DNA from: an uncultured Bacteroidota bacterium
Lineage (GTDB): Bacteria > Bacteroidota > Ignavibacteria > UBA10030 > UBA6906
Direction of reading: 5' to 3'
DNA length: 64,000 bases
Assembly: GCA_963700635.1 (NCBI GenBank)
Contig: CAVOYH010000004.1
Coordinates: 640,001 to 704,000 of the forward strand
In this document: positions 48,424 through 58,304 of the stretch, one piece after another
Position numbering within the stretch: the first letter of the stretch is position 1
Layout: each line of letters begins with the position of its first letter
Notes under the pieces: generated by a model
What the model saw: the letters and a program-made list of their open reading frames with translations, nothing else
Database searches by the model: none
What the model was told of the DNA's origin: nothing
Translations under genes and position numbers: made by a program

Positions 48424-49676
48424 GTCTGACGTCGCGCGAACGGCTTGCAACGACCCTCCGCCATCAGTCTCCGGACCGCGTGTGTGTGGATTTTGGGGCG
48501 ACGGCGGTGACCGGCATGGCGGCCAGTCTCGTCTCCAAGCTGCGGTGCAAAGTTCTGGGAAACCCCGGGTACCGGGTGAAAGTGACCGAACCATATCAGA
48601 TGCTGGGAGAAATTGATGATGAATTGCGCGAAGCCCTCGGCATCGACGTGATGGGAGTCGCGGCGCCCAGGACAATGTTCGGATTCGCCAATCGCGGCTG
48701 GAAGCCGTTCACACTGTTCGACGGGACGGAGGTGCTTGTACCGGAGGACTTTCGTGTTACGGTGGACGACCACCAGAATCTGCTCATCTATCCGGAAGGG
48801 GACACATCAGTCCCACCGAGCGGCCGGATGCCGGAGGGAGGGCATTTTTTTGATGCGATTCCGCGGCAGGAACCCGTCGTCGAAGAAGAGCTGGATCCGG
48901 CGGCGAATCTTGAGGAGTTTACCCTCCTGACGGAAACCGATCTTCACCATTATGACACCGAGGCCGATCGGGCCGTCCTGCGGGAGAAGGGATCCATCGT
49001 GGGCACTCCCGGCACGGCATTCGGTGATATCGCGCTCGTCCCAGCGGTGTGGAGAAAACACACGAGGGGGATCCGCGAGATCGAAGAGTGGTATGTCTCG
49101 ACAAGCGCCCGGAAGGACTATGTTTTCAAAGTGTTCGAAGGTCAATGCGAAATCGCCCTCCAGAATCTCGAACGCCTGATTTCAACCCTCGGCTACAAGG
49201 TGCAGGTCGCCTTTGTCACCGGCACGGACTTTGGAACGCAGACCGGGCTTTTTATCTCGCCCAAGGCCTACCGGGACCTGTACATGCCCTTCCACAAGAT
49301 CATCAACGAGTACATCCACAAACATTCACCCTGGAAAACATTCATCCATTCCTGTGGATGTGTGGTTGATCTGATACCGGATTTTATCGAGGCCGGCTTT
49401 GATATCCTCAATCCGGTCCAGACTTCGGCAGCCGGGATGGATCCTGTCTGGCTCAAGAAGACATACGGCAAAGATCTGGTGTTCTGGGGGGGAGGGGTGG
49501 ACACTCAGAAAACTCTCCCGTACGGCACTCCTGCGGAGGTGTTTGATGAAGTCCGGGAGCGGATCCGCATCTTCAATGATGGCGGAGGATTTGTCTTTAA
49601 TTCGGTCCACAACATTCAGGCGAATGTCCCTGTGGAAAACGTCGAAGCGATGTTTCGGGCGCTTGGAGAAGCATAG
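48420..49676 (+). CDS. URO-D/MtaA-CmuA family protein (methyltransferase-like)
   Basis: TSRER, PDRV, DFGTQ...ISP, FIHSCG, LNPVQ, FWGGGVDTQ, HNIQ. Confidence 0.88.
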   Translation: MSLTSRERLATTLRHQSPDRVCVDFGATAVTGMAASLVSKLRCKVLGNPGYRVKVTEPYQMLGEIDDELREALGIDVMGVAAPRTMFGFANRGWKPFTLFDGTEVLVPEDFRVTVDDHQNLLIYPEGDTSVPPSGRMPEGGHFFDAIPRQEPVVEEELDPAANLEEFTLLTETDLHHYDTEADRAVLREKGSIVGTPGTAFGDIALVPAVWRKHTRGIREIEEWYVSTSARKDYVFKVFEGQCEIALQNLERLISTLGYKVQVAFVTGTDFGTQTGLFISPKAYRDLYMPFHKIINEYIHKHSPWKTFIHSCGCVVDLIPDFIEAGFDILNPVQTSAAGMDPVWLKKTYGKDLVFWGGGVDTQKTLPYGTPAEVFDEVRERIRIFNDGGGFVFNSVHNIQANVPVENVEAMFRALGEA

Positions 49677-49720
49677 AAAGTGAAAGCCAGGGACACACGG
49701 GAAGGGAGCATGCGGAAGGT

Positions 49721-50404
49721 ATGGGGGCAGCGCGAAGCGTAAAGGCTGTGATGTTTGATCTGGATGGGACCCTGCTGGATTCGCTGGAAGATCTCGCAGA
49801 TTCGATGAACACTGTCCTGACAGAAAAAGGGTGGCCCCCGCATCCGGTTGATGCCTATCGGTATTTTGTCGGAGATGGCGCGGCAACCCTGATCCATCGT
49901 GTGCTGCCTGCAGACCACCGCACCCCCGCAGTAGAAGCTGAATGTCTGAGCCTGTTCCGGGCGGCTTACGCCACGCGATGGAATATCAAGACGCGCCCGT
50001 ATCAGGGCATCCCGGAAATGCTCGCTGCCCTCGCTGCCCGGAAAACCAGAATGGCCGTGCTTTCGAACAAGCCGCATGATGCCACGGAGCAATGTGTCCG
50101 GGAATTGCTCAGGGAGACCAGGTTCGATGCGGTACAGGGTCAGCGTGCAACAATTCCCAAAAAGCCCGCGCCCGACGGTGCGGTGATTGTCGCCCGTACG
50201 CTCGGCGTGGAACCCGGGGAAATCCTCTACCTCGGGGATACGGCCACCGACATGCAGACCGCCGTGGGGGCAGGGATGATTCCCATCGGTGCACTCTGGG
50301 GATTCCGGTCCGCCGGAGAGCTGCTCGAGCACGGTGCGCGTCGGGTGCTCGGGCATCCGCAGGAGCTTCTCCCTCTTCTTGACGACAGGACATTCTTCGC
50401 ATGA
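49721..50404 (+). CDS. HAD-family phosphatase (Gph-like)
   Basis: FDLDGTL, SNK, KPAP, GD...D. Confidence 0.92.
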   Translation: MGAARSVKAVMFDLDGTLLDSLEDLADSMNTVLTEKGWPPHPVDAYRYFVGDGAATLIHRVLPADHRTPAVEAECLSLFRAAYATRWNIKTRPYQGIPEMLAALAARKTRMAVLSNKPHDATEQCVRELLRETRFDAVQGQRATIPKKPAPDGAVIVARTLGVEPGEILYLGDTATDMQTAVGAGMIPIGALWGFRSAGELLEHGARRVLGHPQELLPLLDDRTFFA

Positions 50405-51381
50405 ACCGGCCGCCATTTTTTGTTCCCGTTGTGTATGAGCATGCTGCGCAACTTATCGGCAAGCGTCCGTGGGAAGTTTCCCGCGACGTTGACCTCCTTG
50501 TTGCAGCACACAGCGCGGCCTACACCCGGTACCATCACTCGCCGGTGATTGCGGGCATCGACGTGTACAATGTTGAAGCGGAAGCGTATGGTTCTGTCCT
50601 GGGTGACGCCGGCGGATTGTCTATCCCCTCGGTCGTCCGGTACGCCTGTTCCCGGGTCGGCGAAATTCTCGATCTTCCGCCCCCGGAGGTCCGCACCGGC
50701 GGACGATTCCCCAAAATTTTCGAGGCCGCACGCAGACTGCAGGATCGGTTTCCCACGACCAAGGTACGCGTCCCCCTGAGCGGTCCGTTCTCGATCGCGA
50801 GTAATCTTGTCGGTTTTGAAGAGCTGTTGTACGGGGTGATTGGTGAACCCGATCTCGTCAGCGAGGTACTGCTCCATCTTGCCCGGCACCAGGGTATCGT
50901 GGTCGGCGAGGCAAACGCAATGGGATTGGATGTTATTGTGTTTGAATCAGCGGCGACGCCTCCGCTCCTTTCCCCTTCGGCGTTCCGGGCGGTAGAACTT
51001 CCTGCGCTCCAGGTGCTGGCTGATGCCCACCGGTCTACCGCCGGCACGGGATTTCACCTGGTGGTCGGAGGAAATACGGTGTCTATTCTGGACAGTCTTG
51101 TCGGGCTTCAGCCGGCACTCCTGCTCTGTCCGTCTGAAACAGACCAGAAAACATTTATGGAACAGATGCGGCTTCATCCGGAAATCACCGTGCGGATCAA
51201 CATTTCGCCGATCGTGTTCACCGCCGCGGGGGAGAGTAGTGCATTCGTGGAAGCGGACAGCGCGCTTGCGCTTGCCGCCGGCCGCGAGAACGTGAATATC
51301 GGAACCGGCGTGCTTCCGTATGACGCTGATCCGGAAATTGTCTTACGCATTCAGTCTTATATCGAGGGGCACCGACAATGA
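50401..51381 (+). CDS. Divergent URO-D family protein lacking the HxC Zn motif
   Basis: D.YNVEAEAYG, GRFP, GPFSIA, ESAA...LLSP..F. Confidence 0.75.
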   Translation: MNRPPFFVPVVYEHAAQLIGKRPWEVSRDVDLLVAAHSAAYTRYHHSPVIAGIDVYNVEAEAYGSVLGDAGGLSIPSVVRYACSRVGEILDLPPPEVRTGGRFPKIFEAARRLQDRFPTTKVRVPLSGPFSIASNLVGFEELLYGVIGEPDLVSEVLLHLARHQGIVVGEANAMGLDVIVFESAATPPLLSPSAFRAVELPALQVLADAHRSTAGTGFHLVVGGNTVSILDSLVGLQPALLLCPSETDQKTFMEQMRLHPEITVRINISPIVFTAAGESSAFVEADSALALAAGRENVNIGTGVLPYDADPEIVLRIQSYIEGHRQ

Positions 51382-51701
51382 AACGGTATGGGATGATCAT
51401 CCGGGTGAAGGCGGGACAGCTTGAAGAATATCGCCGCCTTCACGCGGCAGTGTGGCCGGACGTCATTGCGACGATCACCGCGTGTAACATCCGCAACTAC
51501 TCGATCTTTCTCAGGGACAACACCCTGTTCAGCTACTTCGAGTACGTGGGAGTGGATTTTGCGGCGGACATGAAACGGATGGCTGACGATCCGGCGACCC
51601 AGCGGTGGTGGGACCTCACCAAACCATGTCAGGAACCGGTCCCCGGCGCACAACAGGGGGAATGGTGGGCGCCAATGGAAGAAGTTTTTCACTGTGTGTA
51701 G
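51378..51701 (+). CDS. rhaM: L-rhamnose mutarotase family protein
   Basis: EY.RLH..VWP, NIRNYSIF, LFSYFEY, WW..MEEVF. Confidence 0.88.
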   Translation: MKRYGMIIRVKAGQLEEYRRLHAAVWPDVIATITACNIRNYSIFLRDNTLFSYFEYVGVDFAADMKRMADDPATQRWWDLTKPCQEPVPGAQQGEWWAPMEEVFHCV

Positions 51702-51762
51702 TCCGGACAGGGTGTGCGTGAGCATGTGCTCAGCAGACACCCTTCGTCCGCCTTTGTCCGGA
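51702..51762. repeat. Intergenic nested hairpin
   Basis: TCCGGACA/TGTCCGGA, AGGGTGT/ACACCCT and TGAGCA/TGCTCA stems. Confidence 0.55.
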
Positions 51763-51805
51763 TGTGCGCACACGCGTTAGGTCACACGCATCAAAGGAGT
51801 TCCTC

Positions 51806-54049
51806 ATGAACATCCGCGTCTGTATTCTGTGCTTCTGCCTCTGTTCAGCGCCGGGCGCCGGGGCGACGGAGTTTTTTGTCTCACTGAGCGGTTCCGACAG
51901 GAACCCGGGAACACTCGAGCAACCGTTCCGGACGCTTGAGGGCGCGCGGGATGCCCTGCGTGCGCACGCCCGGAAAGGGGGCCTTCCCCCGGATGGCGCC
52001 ACGATTACGGTCCGGGGCGGTACGTACATGCTGTCAAAGACTTTTATGCTCGAGAAACAGGATGGCGGTACCTCCGATCAGCCCGTGCGGTATCGTGCCG
52101 CCGTGGGAGAGCAGGTCAGAATTATCGGCGGAAAGGATCTTCCTCTTGATACGTTCCGCCCGGTCTCTGATTCCCGCGTCCTCGCCCGAATCAGACCTGA
52201 AGCCAGAACGCACGTTCTGGAATGTGACCTCCGCACCCACGGCATACAGAACTTCGGCACGCACCGTCAGGCTGGACACGGACACCCCGTGCAGCCCGCA
52301 CCGCTTGAACTGTTCTTCAATGATACGCCGATGCCGCTGGCACACTACCCTGACACCGGGGAGATCATGATCGGTGAGATCATTGATCCCGGGTCGATCC
52401 CGAGAATTGGTGACTACGTCAACATCCGCGGGGGGACGTTTGTGTACACGGATCCGCGGCATGCAGACTGGCTCGCAGCGGAGGAGATCTGGTTCCAGGG
52501 TTATTTTAAGTGGGGATTCGCGGATGACAAGATCCGTGTCGCATCCATCGACACAACCCGCAAGAGAGTGACCTTTGCATCGCCGCACATGTACGGTCTC
52601 GGAACCGGTGAGCCGTTTAATGGCTATATCGCACTCAATCTCCTGGAAGAACTTACCATGCCGGGAGAGTGGTATCTGGATCGCACGCGGGGGATGCTCT
52701 ACTTCTGGCCGCCGACAGATGTCCAGACACCGTATGCCTCGGTGTCACTTCTTGAGGACCCGCTGATTGCCCTTGAGGACGTGTCGTTTCTGTCGCTCGA
52801 GGGGTTTACCCTGGAACTCGGACGCAGCATGGGTGTCGTCATCGAGGCTGGAAGCCACGTAACCATCGCAGGATGCACGGTGCGGAACATGGGAACCAGC
52901 GGAATCTTTTTCGGACAGGGAGCGGTACAGACGTTCCCCCATCTCACCGCTGACGATTACGAAGGAGTTCCGGCTTCACGCACGATGGGCGCGTTCCAGA
53001 TGCACTACTACAAGTACACGACATGGGATCGTAAGGCGGGATCCCACCATCGCGTGCTCTCCTGTGATGTGTACAACATGGGTGCGGGGGGGATTACACT
53101 CGGCGGGGGCAGCAAAAAGGACCTTGTCCCCGGCGGGTCGTCGGTCGAAAACTGCCGGGTCTACAATTATAACCGCCACCACAAGGCACAGTGGGCGGGC
53201 ATCAATGTGGACGGCTGCGGCAATCTGGTGGCACACAACGAAGTGTTTCGCGCAGACCTGCAGGCCATGTTTGTCAGGGGCAACGACCACATCTTCGAAT
53301 ACAACCACGTGCACCACGTCGCACAGAATTCCAACGACGCCTCCGCCTGGTATCTCGGCAGGGATCCCAGCGACCAGGGGAACGTGGTGCGCTACAACTT
53401 CTTTCATCATGTCGGACGCGCCGACCGCAAATGGATGATGGGCGTCTATTGCGACGACGCGACGTGTAATGTCCTGATCGAAGGGAACGTGTTCTATAAG
53501 GCGGCATCATATGGCACAGTCTACAGTAACGGCGGACACGACATCGTGGTGCTGAACAATATCTTTGTCGAGGGGTATGGCCCGGTGTTCCAGCTAAAAT
53601 CCATGTGGTACGATTTCGGAATGTTCCAGCTTCCATACTTCTTTGGTCCGGAGGGAGTGTACCGCCGTCGCCTGACAAGGGACATAGACATCCGGAAACC
53701 TCCCTACAGCGTCCGCTATCCGGGCCTCACCGATTGGTTCGACCTTCTGCCCGACAGTACCACGTACGTGGGGATGCGACCGCGGCGCAACAGATTCGAG
53801 CGAAATCTGATTGTGGGATATGAAGAGTCATACCGGCTGGTGGGAGAGTATGCGCAATGCGAATTTAAGGACAACCTGATGACCCAGACCGACCCCGGTT
53901 TTGTGGATGCTTCCCGGCTGGACTTCCGTCTTCGTGACGGAGCCGAGGTGTACACCCGGATCCCGGGGTTCAAGCCGATTCCATTCGATACAATCGGATT
54001 GTACCTGGATCAATACAGACGAACGTTGCCGGCGGCGATGACGCACTAA
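51806..54049 (+). CDS. Secreted right-handed beta-helix glycoside hydrolase (GH141-like)
   Basis: FFVS..GSD.NPGT...PFRT, GGTY, PGEWYLD, parallel beta-helix repeats, YCDD. Confidence 0.75.
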   Translation: MNIRVCILCFCLCSAPGAGATEFFVSLSGSDRNPGTLEQPFRTLEGARDALRAHARKGGLPPDGATITVRGGTYMLSKTFMLEKQDGGTSDQPVRYRAAVGEQVRIIGGKDLPLDTFRPVSDSRVLARIRPEARTHVLECDLRTHGIQNFGTHRQAGHGHPVQPAPLELFFNDTPMPLAHYPDTGEIMIGEIIDPGSIPRIGDYVNIRGGTFVYTDPRHADWLAAEEIWFQGYFKWGFADDKIRVASIDTTRKRVTFASPHMYGLGTGEPFNGYIALNLLEELTMPGEWYLDRTRGMLYFWPPTDVQTPYASVSLLEDPLIALEDVSFLSLEGFTLELGRSMGVVIEAGSHVTIAGCTVRNMGTSGIFFGQGAVQTFPHLTADDYEGVPASRTMGAFQMHYYKYTTWDRKAGSHHRVLSCDVYNMGAGGITLGGGSKKDLVPGGSSVENCRVYNYNRHHKAQWAGINVDGCGNLVAHNEVFRADLQAMFVRGNDHIFEYNHVHHVAQNSNDASAWYLGRDPSDQGNVVRYNFFHHVGRADRKWMMGVYCDDATCNVLIEGNVFYKAASYGTVYSNGGHDIVVLNNIFVEGYGPVFQLKSMWYDFGMFQLPYFFGPEGVYRRRLTRDIDIRKPPYSVRYPGLTDWFDLLPDSTTYVGMRPRRNRFERNLIVGYEESYRLVGEYAQCEFKDNLMTQTDPGFVDASRLDFRLRDGAEVYTRIPGFKPIPFDTIGLYLDQYRRTLPAAMTH

Positions 54050-54104
54050 TCCCGGTTTCGTTCGATATGTGGTGCTGAGTGGCGGCGGAAAGGACTGCAA
54101 GACC

Positions 54105-56372
54105 ATGGTCGATCTCGAACAACTTCTTGCCCGGGAGCTTGCAATAGAGCTCGTGCAGGTCCGGAATGCTCTGCAATTGCAGCAGGAGGGGGGGACTGTG
54201 CCGTTTATCGCCCGCTACCGGAAAGAGCGGACCGGGGAGATGGACGAAGTGCAGCTGCACGCGTTGTTCGACCGGTACGCGTATCTGACCGACCTGGAAC
54301 AGCGAAAAGTTGCGATTCTGGACTCTATTGACAAACAGGGCAAGCTGACCGACGAACTGCGAAGCCGGGTTGAAGCCTGTGCGCAGAAGACCGAGCTGGA
54401 GGATCTCTACCTTCCGTACCGCCCCAGGAAGCGTACCCGTGCGACGGTGGCAAAAGAAAAGGGTCTCGAGCCGCTGGCCGAGCTCATCCGGGCTGCGAAT
54501 GCCCCTTCGGTCACGGCATTCGACCTTATTGCAGCCGCGATACCCTTTGTGTCCGATGAAAAGAACGTCCCCACACCCGACGAGGCTCTGGCTGGAGCAG
54601 CCGATATTCTTGCCGAGGAAATCGCCGAGAACGCAGAGTACCGTGGCCACCTGCGGGGATATCTGTTTGATCATGGGGTCTTCACCTCTGATGTAAAGCC
54701 GGATTTCCCCGCGGGGAGTACAAAATTCGAGATGTACCGCGGTTTCAAGGTGAATGCCCGCGAGATCCACCCGCACAATATGCTGGCATTGCTGCGGGGG
54801 GAGAAGGAAAACTTCCTCACGTTTGATCTGGTGTTTGATGAAGAGGCCGTGCTTGTGTACCTGCGCGATGCTGTCACGTCTTCTGGTGCACCTTCCGTGC
54901 GGTCGTTTTACGAAATGCTGGCGCGTGATGCGTTCGACCGGCTTATGCGCGCTTCGCTTGTCGGAGAGGTCAGGGCTTTGTGCAAGGAAGCGGCAGACCG
55001 GGAATCGATTACGACGTTTGAAGCAAATTTGCGCCAGCTGCTGCTCTCGCCACCGGCCGGGATGAAGCCGACCATCGGCGTAGATCCCGGCTTACGCACC
55101 GGATGCAAGGTCGTGGTTCTGGATGCCACAGGGAAGCTCCTGGAACATGCCACAATCTATCCGCACAGATCGCCGGCTGAACGGACCGCAGCCGCACAAA
55201 CGTTGATCACTCTGATGCAAACTTCCGGCGCCGACCTGATTGCAATCGGAAATGGAACCGGAGGCAGGGAGACGGAATCTTTTGTCGCAGAAGTGGTGGC
55301 TTCGCTAGAACGGAAGCCGGTGCGTGTGATGGTCAACGAAGCGGGTGCGTCGGTCTATTCCGCAAGCACCCTCGCCCGCGAAGAGTTCCCCGATCTGGAT
55401 GTCACTGTACGCGGCGCGGTGAGCATCGGGCGCCGTCTTCAGGACCCGCTTTCCGAGCTTGTAAAGATCGACCCGAAATCGATCGGTGTCGGACAGTACC
55501 AGCACGACGTGGACCAGAAACAATTGCGAAAACGTCTGCAGGAAACCGTGGAAAGCTGCGTGAACTTTGTCGGCGTGGACGTGAATACGGCGTCGCGGGA
55601 GCTTCTGAAATATGTCGCCGGGGTGAACTCCGCCACCGCGAAAAATGTCGTCACCTACCGGAACGAACACGGCCCCTACAAGAGCCGCGAGGATCTCCGT
55701 CAGGTTCCGAAATTCGGATCAAAAACATTCGAACAAGCAGCCGGCTTTCTGCGTATCCGGGACGCCGCCAATCCGCTTGATAACTCGGCCGTCCACCCGG
55801 AAAGTTACACGATCGCGGAAAAAATTCTGGCAGACCTCGGGTCCACAGTCCAGACACTGACCCTCGAACCGGATCGTCTGCTGAACGTGAAGGTATCGGA
55901 CTACGTCACGGACAAGGCAGGGGAGCCGACGGTTCGTGATATCCTCAATGAGCTCAAGAAACCAGGGCGTGATCCCAGGGCCGAATTCCGTTATGCGACG
56001 TTCAAAGACGGCATCAAAGAGATCAAGGACCTCGCTCCGGGTATGGAGCTGGAGGGGGTCATCACGAATGTCACGAATTTCGGAGCATTTGTGGATGTTG
56101 GCGTGCATCAGGATGGTCTTGTTCACGTGTCGCAGATTGCCGACAGGTTCGTCCAGGATCCCAAGACGATTGTACATGTCGGGGAAGTTGTCACGGTCCG
56201 CGTGCTTGAGGTAAATTCTCAACTGAAGCGGATCAGTCTGACGATGAAGCGGGGAGGCGAGAAGCACCCGAAGCGCGCGAAGTCGCGTCACCCCGGAAAA
56301 AAAGCAAAGCCCGAGGATACGCACCCCAAGTTTACCGTCGATGACCTGAAGAAAAAATTTAACAACCGGTAG
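54105..56372 (+). CDS. tex: Tex-family RNA-binding transcription accessory protein
   Basis: TVPFIARYRKE, DPGLRTGCK, GVGQYQHD, S1 domain. Confidence 0.95.
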   Translation: MVDLEQLLARELAIELVQVRNALQLQQEGGTVPFIARYRKERTGEMDEVQLHALFDRYAYLTDLEQRKVAILDSIDKQGKLTDELRSRVEACAQKTELEDLYLPYRPRKRTRATVAKEKGLEPLAELIRAANAPSVTAFDLIAAAIPFVSDEKNVPTPDEALAGAADILAEEIAENAEYRGHLRGYLFDHGVFTSDVKPDFPAGSTKFEMYRGFKVNAREIHPHNMLALLRGEKENFLTFDLVFDEEAVLVYLRDAVTSSGAPSVRSFYEMLARDAFDRLMRASLVGEVRALCKEAADRESITTFEANLRQLLLSPPAGMKPTIGVDPGLRTGCKVVVLDATGKLLEHATIYPHRSPAERTAAAQTLITLMQTSGADLIAIGNGTGGRETESFVAEVVASLERKPVRVMVNEAGASVYSASTLAREEFPDLDVTVRGAVSIGRRLQDPLSELVKIDPKSIGVGQYQHDVDQKQLRKRLQETVESCVNFVGVDVNTASRELLKYVAGVNSATAKNVVTYRNEHGPYKSREDLRQVPKFGSKTFEQAAGFLRIRDAANPLDNSAVHPESYTIAEKILADLGSTVQTLTLEPDRLLNVKVSDYVTDKAGEPTVRDILNELKKPGRDPRAEFRYATFKDGIKEIKDLAPGMELEGVITNVTNFGAFVDVGVHQDGLVHVSQIADRFVQDPKTIVHVGEVVTVRVLEVNSQLKRISLTMKRGGEKHPKRAKSRHPGKKAKPEDTHPKFTVDDLKKKFNNR

Positions 56373-56388
56373 AGAAGGGAGATACAGA

Positions 56389-56514
56389 ATGAACGTTTCA
56401 ACAAGGGAAGGTTTCGTCAGCGCTCCGGATTGCGCGTGGGTTGTCGCAGGCGAAGGTATCCGGATGGATGTCCACATTCCAGCCCGTGAAGATTGTTTCA
56501 CGGGGGGGAGCTGA
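56389..56514 (+). pseudogene. kdgF: 41-codon remnant of a KdgF-type cupin with an internal deletion
   Basis: MNVSTREGFVSAPDCAWVVAGEGIR|MDVHIPAREDCFTGGS joins KdgF-like N- and C-terminal motifs; GGGAG RBS; 4 nt before kduD. Confidence 0.6.
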
Positions 56515-56518
56515 TCTC

Positions 56519-57274
56519 ATGAATCCACTCTTTGACCTTACAGGAAGTGTGGCATTAATCACCGGAGCCGGAACGGGACTCGGGGCTGGAATGGCGAAAG
56601 GCCTCGCGGGTGCAGGTGCGGATGTTATTCTTGTCGACCGCATGGATCCGGATGAGACAGCCGAACCAATCCGCGGAATGGGACAAAAGGTTCTTTCGCT
56701 GACCGCGGACCTGTCCGGCCTGCCGGCGATGCACGAGGTCGTCCGGAAAGGCCTGGAAGCGTTCGGGCACATCGACATTCTCATCAACAACGCCGGCATC
56801 ATCCGGCGTACGCCCGCCATCGATTTTTCGGAGACAGACTGGGATGAGGTGATGGCGATTAACGCCAAGACAGTTTTCTTTATGAGCCAGGCGGTCGCCC
56901 GGGACATGATCCAACGCGGGTCGGGGAAGATCATCAATATTGCATCGCTGCTGAGTTTCAGCGGGGGTATTACCGTCCCGTCGTATGCGGCGAGCAAAGG
57001 CGCAGTAACACAAATCACGAAAGCGCTGGCCAATGAATGGGCGCACTACGGTCTCAACATCAATGCGATCGCCCCGGGGTACATGGTCACAAACAATACG
57101 GCGAACCTGCGGAAGGATGCGGAACGCACACGGTCGATTTCAGAGCGAATCCCCGCAGGCCGTTGGGGTATGCCTGAAGATTTGCAGGGGGCTGCCATCT
57201 TTCTTGCATCGAAGGCATCGGACTATGTGAACGGGCATGTATTACTCGTTGACGGGGGATGGATGGCGCGGTAA
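56519..57274 (+). CDS. kduD: 2-dehydro-3-deoxy-D-gluconate 5-dehydrogenase
   Basis: TGAGTGLG, NNAGIIRR, YAASK, DGGWMAR. Confidence 0.93.
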   Translation: MNPLFDLTGSVALITGAGTGLGAGMAKGLAGAGADVILVDRMDPDETAEPIRGMGQKVLSLTADLSGLPAMHEVVRKGLEAFGHIDILINNAGIIRRTPAIDFSETDWDEVMAINAKTVFFMSQAVARDMIQRGSGKIINIASLLSFSGGITVPSYAASKGAVTQITKALANEWAHYGLNINAIAPGYMVTNNTANLRKDAERTRSISERIPAGRWGMPEDLQGAAIFLASKASDYVNGHVLLVDGGWMAR

Positions 57275-57319
57275 GAACTCACGAACATGTCATGGACGCA
57301 TTCAGAAGGATTACACGGT

Positions 57320-58279
57320 ATGCATGAAACACTTCGCACGCTCGGTCTCAACGGCATTATCCCGGTTGTTGCCATCGACAACGCCGCCCATGCGGTTCCG
57401 CTCGCCCGGGCCCTGGAAAAAGGGGGCCTCCCCTGCATCGAGATAACCTTCCGGACCGCCGCCGCCGCTGATGCGATCGCGGCCATAGCGCGCGATTGTC
57501 CGACAATGCTCGCAGGCGCGGGAACAGTGTTAACCGTCGATCAGGTTAAGGCGGCTCGTGACAACGGTGCCCGGTTTATCGTGGCGCCCGGACTGAACCG
57601 CAAGGTTGTCGAATATTGTCTTTCGATCGGTCTTCCGGTTACACCCGGCGTGGCGACGCCTACGGATGTCGAAGCAGCGCTGGACATGGGGCTCGAAGTG
57701 GTGAAGTTCTTTCCGGCTGAGGCCGCGGGGGGCATAAAATTTCTCACCGCGATGAGCGCACCGTACCGGCAAATCCGTTTTATCCCCACCGGCGGTATCG
57801 ACGAAAACAACCTGCTGTCATACCTCCGTCTGCCGCGCGTCCATGCGTGCGGGGGAAGCTGGATGGTGAAACCGGAGATGATCAATGCCGGCCGGTTTGA
57901 TGAGATTACAGCGATCACCACCAAAGCCGTCAACACCCTACTCGGACTTGAAGTGCGGCATGTGGGGATCAATTGCGGCGACGGCGAAACAGCCACGGCG
58001 CAGGCAACACTGCTCGCCGATCTTCTGCGGGCCCCTGTTCGCTCGGGGAATTCATCCATTTTTGTCGGGACGGGATTGGAGTTTATCAAGAACAAAGGTC
58101 GGGGTGACCACGGGCATCTGGCGATTGGCACCAATTTTATCGAACGTGCTGTGGTGTATCTGGAACGCCGGGGTGCGCGCGTGATCCCGGATACCAGGGC
58201 GGAGAAAGACGGCCGGTTGCACACGGTTTATCTTGATCTTGATGTCGCCGGTTTTGCGCTGCACCTCATACAAATTTAA
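57320..58279 (+). CDS. eda: KDPG/KHG aldolase with a C-terminal VOC-like extension
   Basis: EITFRT, GAGTV, KFFPA, PTGGI; about 105 extra residues (HVGIN...GHLAI). Confidence 0.92.
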   Translation: MHETLRTLGLNGIIPVVAIDNAAHAVPLARALEKGGLPCIEITFRTAAAADAIAAIARDCPTMLAGAGTVLTVDQVKAARDNGARFIVAPGLNRKVVEYCLSIGLPVTPGVATPTDVEAALDMGLEVVKFFPAEAAGGIKFLTAMSAPYRQIRFIPTGGIDENNLLSYLRLPRVHACGGSWMVKPEMINAGRFDEITAITTKAVNTLLGLEVRHVGINCGDGETATAQATLLADLLRAPVRSGNSSIFVGTGLEFIKNKGRGDHGHLAIGTNFIERAVVYLERRGARVIPDTRAEKDGRLHTVYLDLDVAGFALHLIQI

Positions 58280-58304
58280 GACGTCCGGAAAGGCCGTGGA
58301 AGTG

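Noticed and set aside
54105-56372. tex interrupting the sugar cluster as a possible insertion
   Set aside because: Housekeeping gene with no flanking repeats or mobility genes
56483-56504. KdgR-like palindrome CCCGTGAAGATTGTTTCACGGG before kduD
   Set aside because: Spacing is one base off the consensus I recall, it lies in the kdgF remnant's coding motif, and no regulator is nearby
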